Below, in pieces: positions 26,921-50,640 of a DNA stretch of 64,000 bases. The notes under the pieces are model-generated. The model was not told the origin of the DNA. It worked only from the letters and a program-made list of their open reading frames with translations, and ran no database searches. A program made the position numbers and the translations under genes. How positions within the stretch are numbered: the first letter of the stretch is position 1; each line of letters opens with the position of its first letter. This DNA is from the human T2T-CHM13v2.0 reference genome, Homo sapiens, in the NCBI RefSeq assembly GCF_009914755.1, contig NC_060947.1. One strand, given 5' to 3'.

Positions 26921-27128
26921 TGAGACTACAGATGCACACCACCACACCCGTTAAGTTTTGTATTTTTGGTAGAGAAGGGTTTTGCCATTTTGCTGAGGCT
27001 GGTCCTGAACTCCTGACCTCAAGCGATCCTCCTGCACCCTCTTCCCAAAGTGTTGGGATTACAGGCATGAGCTGCCGCGCCTGGCCGCGCCTGGCTGTTT
27101 TCTAAGCATTTTTCTTTTTTTAAAATAA

Positions 27129-27245
<117 letters not shown>

Positions 27246-27428
27246 TAGGACTACAGGCGTGTGCCACCACACCTGGCTAATTTTTGTATTTTTAGTAGAG
27301 ACGAGTTTCATCATGTTGCCCAGGCTAGTCTCGAACTCTGGATCTCAAGTGATCCGCCCACCTCAGCCTCCCAAAGTGCTGGGATTAGAGGTATGAACCA
27401 CCGCGCCAGGCCTCTAAGCATTTTTCTA

Positions 27429-27803
<375 letters not shown>

Positions 27804-27849
27804 CTACTATCATTGTAGTGGGGCAAGGAGGGTAACGGAGATGGGGGGA

Positions 27850-28520
27850 ATTCAAGTCTTCTCCATGGTAACTGCAGCACATCGAGAGATTGTACACCCT
27901 GACTCCTTTCCCCTCTTCTCCAGTGGTATCGCCCACGACGGGCACCTGTGTTAACCTGATTACTCCTCCTCTTCCCAGTGGTATCGCCAAGGGGGGGATT
28001 GTACCACCCTGACTTCTTCCCCCTCTTGCCCAGTGGTGTCTCCCTTGAGCATCAGAACACGCCCCCCTCCTCCCTGGGTAGGAGGCGCACCTCTGCTTCT
28101 TTAAACTTTGCCCAAACTTATAGAACCGAGTTCCAAAGACCAGCTTCTCCCAGAATCTTGCCCTTAGAGGGATTCTACCCGTGAACGCCCTCTCGCCCCC
28201 GCCTTCTGTGGAACAGCCCACTGTACGGAATGGGTGCTAAGATGGCGGCTCCCAAGAGACACGACATAGCGCAGCCATATTCCTCGCCTGACAACGCCAC
28301 TCATGGACCAAGTCTCCGCCGATCCGTAACAGCGCTGTGTTCAGTGAGTAGACTACAATCTCTCAGTCCTAATGATCGTGTGCAAAATCAACAGCCCTAG
28401 AAGGTGCAGTGTCAGGGGTGAGGACAGGAAACGGAAATCCCCCTCAGAGGCCGTTTAAGTCTTCTTGGCGCGCGATGCTAAATGCAGTGCACGAGGTTTT
28501 ATGGCGTGATAGTCGCTCAG
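27850..28520 (+). promoter_or_regulatory. CpG-rich promoter with candidate first (leader) exon ending at 28343
   Basis: Only non-repeat CpG-dense segment in the window. YY1 motif AAGATGGCGGC (28239-28249), ZNF143/THAP11-type ACTACAA (28352-28358), RFX X-box-like TTCTCCATGGTAAC (27859-27872), GC-box-like CACGCCCCC, and donor TCA|GTGAGT at 28344. Confidence 0.75.
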
Positions 28521-29175
28521 GTGATTTTGAGGTTTTGTTGGCTTCGGGGGATGATGCATTGGCAGTTGTGGTGTCAATTGGTGGGGAAATAAAGAACCTA
28601 ATGAATGGGAATCTATGAGTGTCAGGGATGAGGGCCTCTGGAGTAGTCAGGTTTTAGATTCCCTGCTGTGTCTTGATGTCCAGCCTTAATAGTGTGCGCT
28701 TTAGGTTTTTCCTTTATCAGTATTCCCAGAGGTTTGCTAATTTTATTAGCCTTTCCAAAAAAACAACTTTTGACCTTGTTGCTCCTCTGATCACAGATCT
28801 CTTCTGATGTACCTTCGTTTCCTATTTCTTTAATTTCTGCTCTTATCTGTACCGTTTTCTCTAACTTCTTAAATTGGATGTTAATTCATTAATGCTCAGC
28901 CTTTCTTTGTTAAAAAAATTTTTAAGAGCATGCGTTTTTCCTTAAGAATCTCTTTAGCTGCAATCAAGAATATTTTGTATACACCATCTTTTCTTTCTTT
29001 CTTTCTTTCTTTTTTGACGGAGTCTCGCTCTGTCGCCCAGACTGGAGGGCAGTGGCGCGATCTCCACTCACTACAACCTCCGCCTCCGTTTCCAGCGATT
29101 CTCGTGCCTCGGCCTCCCGAGTCGCTGGGATTACTGGCGCACGCTACCACGCCCAGCTAATTTTTATATTTTTAG

Positions 29176-29307
<132 letters not shown>

Positions 29308-30213
29308 TAGTCAAAATTTTTTTCTTTTTGTAATCGTATAGGCCCACCTCCTTAAAATGTTTATTCTGGCTGGGCGCGGTGGCTTACTCCTGTAATCCCA
29401 GCACTTTGGAAGGCCGAGGATGGCGATCGGTTGAGTCCAGGAGTCGAGACCAGCCTGGGCAACGCAGGGAGAACCCCGTCTGTACAAAAAAAAAAAAAAA
29501 GAAAGAAAGAAAGAAAGTAAGAAAAATTAGCTGGGCGTGGTGGAGCGTTCCTGTAGTCCCAGCTACTCCAGAAGCTGATGTGGGAGGATTGCCTGATTCC
29601 GAAAGCCGTGATTGCACCACTGCACTCCAGCCTGGGTGACAGAGGGAGACCTTGTCTCAAAAAAAAAAAAAAGTTATACTTACACTTACGTATTTTATAT
29701 AGTTTTTGCTATCATTATTTATGCAATTTTGTTTCCATTGCCTCATTGTTATTATAGAGAGAAACTATCTGTTTTTGGCCAGGTGCGGCGGCTCATGCCT
29801 GTAATCCCTGCGCTTTGGGAGGCCGAGGTCGGAGGATCACGGGGTCTGGAGTCTGAGATCAGCCTGACCAACATGGTGAAACCCCATCTCTACTAAAAAT
29901 ACAAATATTAGCTGGGTGTGGTGGTGCATACCTGTAATTCCAGCTACTCAGGAGGCTGAGGCAGCAGAATCGCAGAAGCGCTTGAGCCCAGGCAGAGGTT
30001 GCAGTGAGCCGAGATCGTGCCACTGCACTCCAGCCTGGGCGGCAGAGTGAGACTCCGTCTCAAAAAAAAAAAAAAAAAAAAAGAAAAGAAACTATCTGCT
30101 TTTGTAATTTTACCTTGTATCCAGCCCCTTACATTATATTATACCCTATTAATTTTAGTAGTCTTTTAGCAGTCTGGTAGGTTTTCCATGTATAAAATCA
30201 TCTTATTGGATAG

Positions 30214-30534
<321 letters not shown>

Positions 30535-30871
30535 TGAACTCCTGACCTGCTGACCTCAGGTGATCAGCCTGCCTTGGCCTACCAAAGTGCTGGGATTACA
30601 GGCGTGAGCCGCCTCCTCTGGCCTCTTTTTTTTTTCTTTAATAGAAACAAAGTGTCACTCTGTCATCCAGGCTGGAGTGTAGTGGAGTGATCTCAATGCA
30701 CTGCAACTCTGTGTGTGTGTTTTTGTTTGTTTGTTTGTTTTTTAAGGATACTGGGTTTTGCCATGTTGTCCAGGTTAGTTTTGAACACCTGGGCTCAAGG
30801 GATCCTCTTGCTTTGGCCTCCCAAAGTGTTGGGATTAAAGCCGTGAGCCACTGCACCTGGCCTGATTATTT

Positions 30872-30940
30872 ATTTCTTTTCTCTTCTTTTCTCCTTTCTT
30901 CCCTCCTTCCTTCCTTCCTTCCTTCCATCCTTCCTTCCTC

Positions 30941-31000
<60 letters not shown>

Positions 31001-31058
31001 TCGTTCTTTCTTTCTTTCTTTCTTTCTCTCTTTCTTTCTTTCTTTTTCTTTCTCTTTT
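30872..31058. repeat. (TTCC)n(TTTC)n Alu-tail tract
   Basis: Direct reading. Confidence 0.9.
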
Positions 31059-31060
31059 AG

Positions 31061-31477
<417 letters not shown>

Positions 31478-31582
31478 TGATTTTTGTGGCACTTAAGTTA
31501 TTTACTTTTTCCATGATTTTAGTTTGAGCTTATATTAGTAATGGCTGCTGAATTGCGTTGGATGCTTTTTTGGTGTAAGTTA

Positions 31583-31988
<406 letters not shown>

Positions 31989-32419
31989 CTAAAAGCTTCC
32001 CAGTAAAAGAATTTAAGAGGGATATTTCATCTAAGAGTGGAAAAAAACAAAAGACGGCAGAAGAAAGGACCAGCCGATTTCCTTTCATTTAGATTATCAG
32101 CTTTCCAGGTTTCCTGCCCTCACAGTCACCCACCAGGTCCCCTTGAACCTGCCCACCCCATGGGCCTTAAGCACCCTTAAGCACTGCCCCAGTTCTACTT
32201 CTCCTAAACCCAGATCTGCCTTGAACTTGAACTGAGGTGTAGGCTGGCTGAGTAGCGAGTGAAGCACCTGGTAGAGCCACTCAAGAAGGGACCCCAAGCT
32301 CATTAATTTGGCCCCAAATTTGATCATTTTGTAATCCACCTTGACTCATGCTCTGGGGATGCTGAACATTGTGGCGTGAATGTGGGATGACACTGATGAT
32401 ATGGATACTGTCCTTTTAG

Positions 32420-32534
32420 GATTTCTTGGTGTCTCTGTGGAGCCATTGAGCCTTACCCCTTACTGGAGGCTGCAGGACCCTCTACACACAGACAGCTGTC
32501 CAGCACGGAAGGTGGGCTGAGGCCCAGGGTGAAC
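32420..32534 (+). other. ZNF157: 5'UTR portion of the ZNF157 ATG exon, preceded by a candidate splice acceptor
   Basis: Branch-like CACTGAT at 32391-32397, then tgtccttttAG|G at 32418-32420; no ATG between 32420 and 32534. Confidence 0.6.
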
Positions 32535-32606
32535 ATGCCAGCTAATGGGACATCACCCCAGAGATTCCCTGCCCTGATTCCAGGAGAACCTGGCAGATCT
32601 TTTGAG
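32535..32606 (+). CDS. ZNF157: First coding exon of KRAB zinc-finger gene ZNF157 (24 codons, MPANGTSPQRFPALIPGEPGRSFE); KRAB and zinc-finger exons lie beyond the window
   Basis: ATG at 32535 (gaacATGc), 72 nt open, ends at a strong phase-0 donor GAG|GTAAGG (32607). Peptide matches the ZNF157 N-terminus as I recall it and resembles the starts of the paralogues ZNF41 (MAANGDSP) and ZNF81 (MPANEDAP). No KRAB or C2H2 exon is seen in the remaining 31 kb. Confidence 0.93.
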
Positions 32607-32649
32607 GTAAGGAGGAGGATCCTATTTTTTTCTATATGTTCTTTATTTT

Positions 32650-33915
<1,266 letters not shown>

Positions 33916-33920
33916 AGGGG

Positions 33921-36189
<2,269 letters not shown>

Positions 36190-36549
36190 GTGGGGTAAAT
36201 GCATGTGAGAACAATTGTGGGATTGTATGCCAAGTGCATATAGAACAGAATTAATAGACAATCTTTTTTTTTTTTTTTTTTTGAGACAGAGTCTCACTCT
36301 ATCACCCAGGCTGGAGTGCAGTGATGTGATCTTGGCTCACTGCAACCTCTGCCTCCCCGGCCCAAGCGATTCTCATGCCTTAGCCTCCTGAGTAGCTGGG
36401 ATTACAGGCACCCAACACCATACCCTGCTAATTTTTTGTATTTTTAGTACAGACAGCGTTTCACCATGTTGGCCAGACTGGTCTCCAACTCCTGACCTCA
36501 GGTGATCCACCCGCCTTGGCCTCCCAAAATGCTGGGATTACAGGTGTGA

Positions 36550-36756
<207 letters not shown>

Positions 36757-36850
36757 TAGTAGACATGGGGTTTCACCATGTTGGCCAGGTTGGTCTCAAG
36801 CTCCTGACCTCAGCCTCCCAAAGTTCTGGGATTACAGGCGTGAGCCCTGA

Positions 36851-37117
<267 letters not shown>

Positions 37118-37434
37118 TGATCCACCCACCTCGGCCTCCCAAAGTGCTGGGATTATAGGCATGAGCCATGGTGCCTGGCTGATAATCATTTTTAATACAG
37201 TTTTAGAGGTACAGAAAAGTTAAGATAGTACCTATAATTCCATATGCTGTCACCTCCTCAACCCCCCCCACAACTGGTGCAGTTTTCCCTATTATTCACA
37301 TCTTGCATTAGTGTGGTACATTTGTAAAAATTAATGAACTGATAGTGATATATTACTATTAATTTTAGCCTACAGTTTATAGTAAGGCTCACTGCTTTGT
37401 GTTGTACATAGGGGTTTTGGCAAATAGATCATGA

Positions 37435-37779
<345 letters not shown>

Positions 37780-38164
37780 TGAACTCTTGGGCTCAAGCAA
37801 TTTGCCCACCTCAGCCTCCCAAAGTGCTGGGATTTACAGATGTGAGCTATTATGCCAGGTCTAGTTTTGCCTTTTCTAAAATGTCATGTAGTTGGAATCA
37901 TGCAGTATGTAGTCTTTTCAAACTGGCTTCTTTCACTTAGCAATTTGTATTTAAGGTTCCTCCATGTTTTTTTGTGGTTTGATAGTTCCATGAATTGGAA
38001 GTACCACAGTTTGCTTATTCCTTCACCTACCGAAGGGCACTTTCATTGTTTGTAGGTTTTAGCAATGATGAAAAAAGCTACTATGAACATTCATGTGCGG
38101 ATTTTTGTGTGAACATGTTTTGAACTCAATTGGCTAAATAACTAGGAGCATAATTGCTATGTCA

Positions 38165-38480
<316 letters not shown>

Positions 38481-38586
38481 TCAAAAAAAAACAGAGAAAC
38501 TTCCCAACTGTCTTCCCAAGTTTTTCACCATTTTGCATTCCCACCAGCAATGAATGAGTATTACTGTTACTCCTCATCTTCACCAA

Positions 38587-39292
38587 TGAAACCACCATTG
38601 CAAAATTGTAACTGAGACAGTGAAAGAGATCTAATCTGATCAACCCCATCTTTCTTCAAACCTCCGAGCTGTCCTTGTTCATTCCCGAGCATAGGCTGAA
38701 CTAACTTAGGGAGGAACTTAGTTTGTAGTTTAAAACAAAGATGTTAACAGGCTTTTCCCAAGGCAAATCCCCTGCTTGCCTGGGGACTAGATTGCCTTTG
38801 TAGGAATAACAAGTTAGCCACCAGATAGAAATTATGGTTTAGGAGTCATGCAGCCGGAGACTACAAGATTCTGACCCTCTCTAAACTGCTCCTAAGATCA
38901 GTGCTTGAGATATTTTGCAGACCCTGGACCTAATGGATCAGCTGGCAACACCCAGATCGATAAATTGGCTCATCTGATCTTGTGGCCCCCACCCAGGAAC
39001 TGACTCAGCACAGGAAGACAGCTTCCATTCCCTACGGATTCATCTTTGACCTGACCAATCAGCACTCCCGGCTTACACTGGCTCTCCCCTACCCCTGCCC
39101 CCCACCCCACCAAATTATCCTTTAAAAACTCTGATCCCCAAATGCTCGGGGAGACTGATTTGAGTATTAATACAACTCTGGGTCTTTGTGAATTACTCTG
39201 TGTGAATTACTCTTTCTCTATTGCAGTTTCTCTGTCTTAATAAATCTGCTCTGTCTGGGTAACAGGCAAGGTGAAGCCATTGGGCAGTTACA
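38587..39292 (+). mobile_element. LTR8-family solo LTR (ERV1)
   Basis: TGAAACCACCATTGCAAAATTGTAACTGAGACAGTGAAAGAGATCTAA ... AATAAA ... ATTGGGCAGTTACA; flanks CCAA/CCAG. Confidence 0.85.
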
Positions 39293-39400
39293 CCAGCATT
39301 TGGTATTGTCAGCTTTTTAATTAATTAATTAATTATTTTGAGACAGTGCAGTGGTATGATCACAGCTCGCTGGAGCCTCAACCTCCCCAGGTTCAGGTGA

Positions 39401-39730
<330 letters not shown>

Positions 39731-39827
39731 TGATGAGGTCATCTTTTCAGATCTTTTGCCCACTTTTTAATTGAGTAGTTTGTTTTCTTATTGTTGAGTT
39801 TAATAGTTCTTTGTACGTTTTGGATAC

Positions 39828-40855
<1,028 letters not shown>

Positions 40856-41298
40856 ATACAAGTCCTTTATGAGATAAGTGTTTTGCAAATATTTTCTCCC
40901 AGTCTGTGGCTTGTCTATTCTGTCATCAGCGTCTTTCACAGAAGAGAAGTTTCTAATTTTAATAATGCACAACGTACTGTTTTTTTTTTCTTTCACAGGT
41001 CATACTTTTGGTGTTGTATTCATATACATATATATTTTTATAGAGATGGGGTCTCACTAGGTTGCCCAGGCTGGTCTTGAACGCCTGGGCTCAAGCGATC
41101 CACCCACCTCAGCCTCCTAAAGTGCTGTGATTACAGGCATGAGCCACTGCACTTGGCTGGTGTTGTATTTAAAAACTCATCACCAAACCCAAGGTTACTT
41201 GGATTTTCTTCTTTGTTATCTTATAGAAATTTTATAGTTTTTCATTTTACATAGAGATCTATAATCCATTTTGAGTTAATTTTTTTTTTTTTTTTTGA

Positions 41299-41520
<222 letters not shown>

Positions 41521-42015
41521 TGATGCACTGCCTTGGCCTCCCAGTTTTGAGTTAATTTTTGTGAAACATATAAGGACTGTGTCTAGATGCTTTTTTTTTT
41601 TTTTTTTTTGCATATGGATGTCCAGTTGTTCCAGCACCATTTGTTGAAAAGACTTATTTCTTCACCGAATTTCTTTTGCTCCTTTGTCAATGATCAGTTG
41701 GCTGTTTTTGTGTGTATATATATTTCTAGGTTCTCTATTCTATTCCATTGATCTATTTGCCTATTCTTTCACCAATACCTCTGTCTTGATTAGTCTAGTT
41801 TTATAGTAAGTCATGAAGTTGGGTGGTCTCAGTCCTCTGACTTTGTTCTTGTTTAGTACTATGTTGACTACTTTGGATTTTTGCCTTTCCATATAAACTT
41901 TAGAATCAGTTTGTTGATAGCCACAAAATAATTTGGTGGGAATTTGATTGGGATTATGTTGAATCTCCTGATCAAGGTGGGGACAATTGACATGTTAACA
42001 GTATTGAGTCTTCCC

Positions 42016-43243
42016 TTTAGCAGCAGAGAATCCATACGGGTCTGCAGCAACCTCAATTCTTGCCTCCTCAGAAAAAAGAATTTGAGGGGCATAAGACAGA
42101 GTGAGAGACCAGGGCAAGTTTTAGAGCAGTAGTGAAAGTTTATTAAAAAGCTTTAGAGCAAGGATGAAAGGAAGCAAACTACACTTGGAAGAGGGCCAAG
42201 CAGGCGACTTCAGAGATCAAATGTGCGGTTTGACTTTGACTTGGGGTTTTATGCTTCCTGGGTCTATATTACCCCTCCTTTGATTCTTACCTTGGGGTGG
42301 GCTGTCCGCATGTGCTGTGGCTTGTCAGCGCTTGAGAAGGGGCCGCATGCGCATTGTGGTTACTGAAGTTCTACGCATGCTCACTTGAGGAGTTTTTCCC
42401 TTACCAGCGGAGTGTTCCTAAAGGAAGGTTATATACCAGTTAAACTCGGCCATTTTGCATCGTAGTGCACATGTCTTGAGCCCACTGGCCCAACTCCTGA
42501 GATCTTATTGGGAAGCTGCTGATCACCAGTTTCAGGTTTTTTGGTATCTGTTGAGAGACTGCCTTTCCCTGGCGCCAGCTGCAACCAATTATTATTTTTA
42601 TTTATTATTATTATTTTTCTTTTTTATTATTATTTTTCTTTTTTTTTTAGGAGGAACAGGAGAAGCAGGAGGAGGAGGATGAGCAGGAGAGAAAGGAGGA
42701 GGAGAAAGAGGAGGAAGAGGAGCAGGAGGAGGAGAAAGAGAAGGAGGAGCAGGAGGAGGAGAAAGAGAAGGAGGAGCAGGAGGAGGAGAAAGAGAAGGAG
42801 GAGGAACAGGAGGAGCAGGAGAAAGAAAAGGAGGAGCAGGAGGAGGAGGAGAAAGAGAAGGAGGAGGAGGAGGAAGAGGAGCAGGAGGAGGAGGAGCAGG
42901 AGGAGGAGAAAGAGAAGGAGGAAGAGCAGGAGGAGGAGGAGCAGGAGGAGGAGGAGAAAGAGAAGGAGGAAGAGCAGAAGGAGAAAGAGCAGGAGGAGGA
43001 GGAGCAGGAGGAGGAGGAGAAAGAGAAGGAGGAAGAGCAGAAGGAGAAAGAGCAGGAGGAGGAGAAGCAGCAGGAGGAGGAGCAGCAGGAGGAAGAGGAG
43101 CAGGAGGAGGAGCAGGGAGCAATTATTATTTTAGAGAGACAGTTTTAACAACTGCCTGACCATCACCTCCTGGTGGGGTTTGAGGGGGGGTGCTCTCCTG
43201 CTCTGCTCATGTCTAACTACCTAACTACCTAATTACTCTAACA
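42016..43243 (-). mobile_element. ERV1 solo LTR (MER50/LTR9/LTR19-class) containing the purine expansion
   Basis: gaatccatacgggtctgcagcaacctcaattcttgcctcctcagaa...gtttattaaaaagc; other end reads TGTTAGAGTA...GACATGAGCAGAGCAGGAGAG on the minus strand. Confidence 0.7.
42651..43120 (+). repeat. ~470-bp GAG/CAG/AAG/GAA triplet-phased polypurine tract
   Basis: Only one T in the whole tract; recurring units such as GAGCAGGAGGAGGAGAAAGAGAAGGAG; CAATTATTATTTT on both sides. Confidence 0.95.
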
Positions 43244-43514
43244 TTTCTGTCAATAAACATGCAATATCTCTCTGTTTACTTATATATTCTGATATATTTC
43301 ATGTCAAATTTTGTTTGATTTTCCTCATGTATGTCTTCTACATATTTTGTTAGGTTTATGTATATTTTATCTTTTTGGTGCTAACGTAAATGGTATTATG
43401 TTTTTAATTTTAAATATCAATTGTTCATTTCGGGTATATAGGAAAACAATTGACTTTTATTAAGCCTGTATCCTGTGACTTTACTATAATCACTTAATAG
43501 TGCCAGAAAATCCT

Positions 43515-46990
<3,476 letters not shown>

Positions 46991-47408
46991 CCATTATAGC
47001 AAAAGGATCCAATTTAGGATTATGTTTAGCATTTACGTGTCATCACTTTAGTGTTATTCAGTTGAGAAGGTTCCTTCTTTGCCTCTCATAACTCTTTGAA
47101 GATTTAATTAAATAATAGTATTTAAGTATTTACAAATTTATATTCTTCTCATCATATAAATTGGAATAATGATTACTGAAGCAGATCTGAATAGTCATAC
47201 AAGTAAGTATATAGAATATATATTAGTTACCCCAGAGCATGAAGAGAGAAATTCCCATGAGCTAAATATTCACATGATGGATTTTACGGTGTTACTCTAA
47301 GTCCAGTCCACCTAGCATTTCCAGTTGAGCACACCCTTCCTAGGTGAAATGATAGAAAGAATAACAAACTCTTGAGTGCTAGCTCTGTATCAGTGCTGCC
47401 CTAAGCGA

Positions 47409-47412
<4 letters not shown>

Positions 47413-47456
<44 letters not shown>
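47413..47456. repeat. (GT)22 microsatellite forming an Alu tail
   Basis: 44 nt of uninterrupted GT, directly followed by a minus-strand Alu. Confidence 0.95.
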
Positions 47457-47459
<3 letters not shown>

Positions 47460-47460
47460 A

Positions 47461-47678
<218 letters not shown>

Positions 47679-47764
47679 TGATCCACCTGCCTCGGCCTCC
47701 CAAAGTGCTGGGATTACAGGTGTGAGCCACTGCACCCGGCCATGATTCCACGTATGAATTCACC

Positions 47765-47875
47765 CAAATTTCACAGATGACAAGACTGAGGCTCAGAGGA
47801 AGGTAGTAACTTAGCCAGAGTAATAGCACGAGTGTGAGTCAGAGCCAAGATTTGAACCCAGGCAGCGTGGCTCCC
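47765..47875 (+). mobile_element. MIR SINE core
   Basis: tttcacagatgacaagactgaggctcagag...gagccaagatttgaacccaggcag. Confidence 0.85.
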
Positions 47876-48011
47876 ACCAACATGTTCTTGCTTGTTCTCT
47901 TCTGTGTCCAGGAGATTCCTTCCTACCTGACCTTGTTCTCGACGCTCTCTGGTTACTTCTGCATAGCCACAGTCTAAAGCAGTTATACAACCATCCTAGG
48001 TGAGCTATGCA

Positions 48012-48706
<695 letters not shown>

Positions 48707-49015
48707 TAAGTATAAATAAATACGTATTAGAATAAAAGGAAGAAAAAAAAGAAGAAAATATCAATACAAGTTTTAGAAAGTAGGCATGCCTGTCAGCAAT
48801 CCTACTGAGCCTACTGAACAAGAAAACTTTGCAGTCTTTTTTTTGTTTTTGTTTTTTTTGAGATGGAGTCTCACTCTGTTGCCCAGGCTGGAGTGCAGTG
48901 GTGTGATCTTGGCTCACTGAAACCTCTCTTCAAGCGATTTCGTCCATCAGCGTCCCAAGTAGCTGGGACTACAGGCGTGCACCACCATGCCCTGCTAATT
49001 TTTTTTTTTTTTTGA

Positions 49016-49431
<416 letters not shown>

Positions 49432-49782
49432 TGAAGTCTTGCTTAATCTGTATATTCTAGGAAGACACAGCAGAGCAGGAGCTGCAATCAAGAATTACAA
49501 TGCCTCAGTCGGGCGCGGTGGCTCACACTTGTAATCCCAGCACTTTGGGAGGCTGAGGTGTTCTCAGGAGTTCGAGACCAGCCTGGCCAATGTAGTGAAA
49601 CCCCCATCTCTACTAAAAATACAAAAACTAGCCAGGCATGGTGGCACATACCTGTAATCCCAGCTACTTGGAAGGCTGAGGCAGGAGAATCACCTGAACA
49701 CAGGAGGCTGAGATTGTGCCACTGCACTCCAGCCTGGGTGACAGAGCAAGACTCTGTCTCAAAAAAAAAAAAAAAAAAAAAA

Positions 49783-49981
49783 AGAATTACAATGCTTCTA
49801 CGGAGAAATCAATAATTCATTTATAGTGGAGAGTTCCTGATATTTAAATTTTTTTATTACTTTATTATTATTTTCTTAGAGAATTACAATGCTTCTACAG
49901 AGAAATCAGTAATTCCTTTATAGTGGAGAGTTCCTGATACTTAAATTTTTTTATTACTTTATTATTATTATTTTCTTAGAG
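49783..49981. repeat. Tandem duplication, period 97 bp, two copies
   Basis: AGAATTACAATGCTTCTAC...TAGTGGAGAGTTCCTGATA...TTATTTTCTTAG begins at 49783 and again at 49880. Confidence 0.9.
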
Positions 49982-50521
49982 ACAGGGTCTTGCTTCATCT
50001 CCCAGGCTGGAGTGCAGTGGCACAATCATAGCTCATTGCAGCCTCGAACTACTGCACTCAAGTGATCCTCCCACCTAAGCCTCCTGAGTAGCAGTGACTA
50101 CAGGTGCTTGTCATCACGCCCAGCTAATTTTTTTGATTTTTAGTAGAGATGAGGTCTATGTTGCCCTGGCTGGTCCTGAACTCCTGAGCTCAAGTCATCC
50201 TCCCGCCTCAGCCTCCCAAAGTGCTGGGATTCCAGGCCTGAGCCACTGTGCCTGGCTATGTGTTTTTTTGTTTTTTTTTTTTGAGTCAGAGTCTTCCACC
50301 TGAGTCTCCCGAATAGCTGGGACCACAGGCGCACACCAACATGCCTGGCTAATTTTTTAATTTTTATTTTTGTAGAGACAGAGTCTCATTATGTTGTCCA
50401 GGCTAGTCTCGAACTCCTGGCCTCAAGCACTCCTCCTGCCTCAGCCTCCTGAGTTGGTGGGATTACAGGTGTGAGCCACTGCATGCAGCAGTTCCTAATA
50501 CTTGAGTGTCAAGAAATCCTC

Positions 50522-50640
50522 TGGGGTGTGCTCAGAGCAGGGGGCCTGAAGAATGCTTCTTCTGTTTACAACACACCCAATAGGAATCTGGGGTCATTGT
50601 GACGGGGGGCACAAAACTTGTGACCTCTCTATGAACAAAT
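50522..50640 (+). ncRNA. SNORA11C: H/ACA box snoRNA of the SNORA11 (U107) family, intronic and sense to ZNF157
   Basis: Hairpin 1 closed by GGGTGTG/CACACCC; H box ATAGGA (50580-50585); hairpin 2 closed by GGGGTCA/TGACCTC with apical CACAA-aac-TTGTG; ACA at 50635-50637, 3 nt from the end. Sequence matches my recollection of U107/SNORA11, and SNORA11C is the copy hosted by ZNF157. Confidence 0.9.

Noticed and set aside
27915-28045. CCAGTGGTATCGCC as CTCF sites
   Set aside because: Does not fit the CCASYAGRKGGC core.
32097-32339. 80-aa minus-strand ORF just upstream of the ZNF157 exon
   Set aside because: GTG start, no homology recognised, no supporting splice or poly(A) structure.
42541-43134. 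197-aa Arg/Ser-rich protamine-like ORF (+) and 174-aa Pro-rich ORF (-)
   Set aside because: Alternative frames of the purine repeat, which cannot contain stops; non-ATG starts, no promoter. Only the Glu frame lines up with splice and poly(A) signals.
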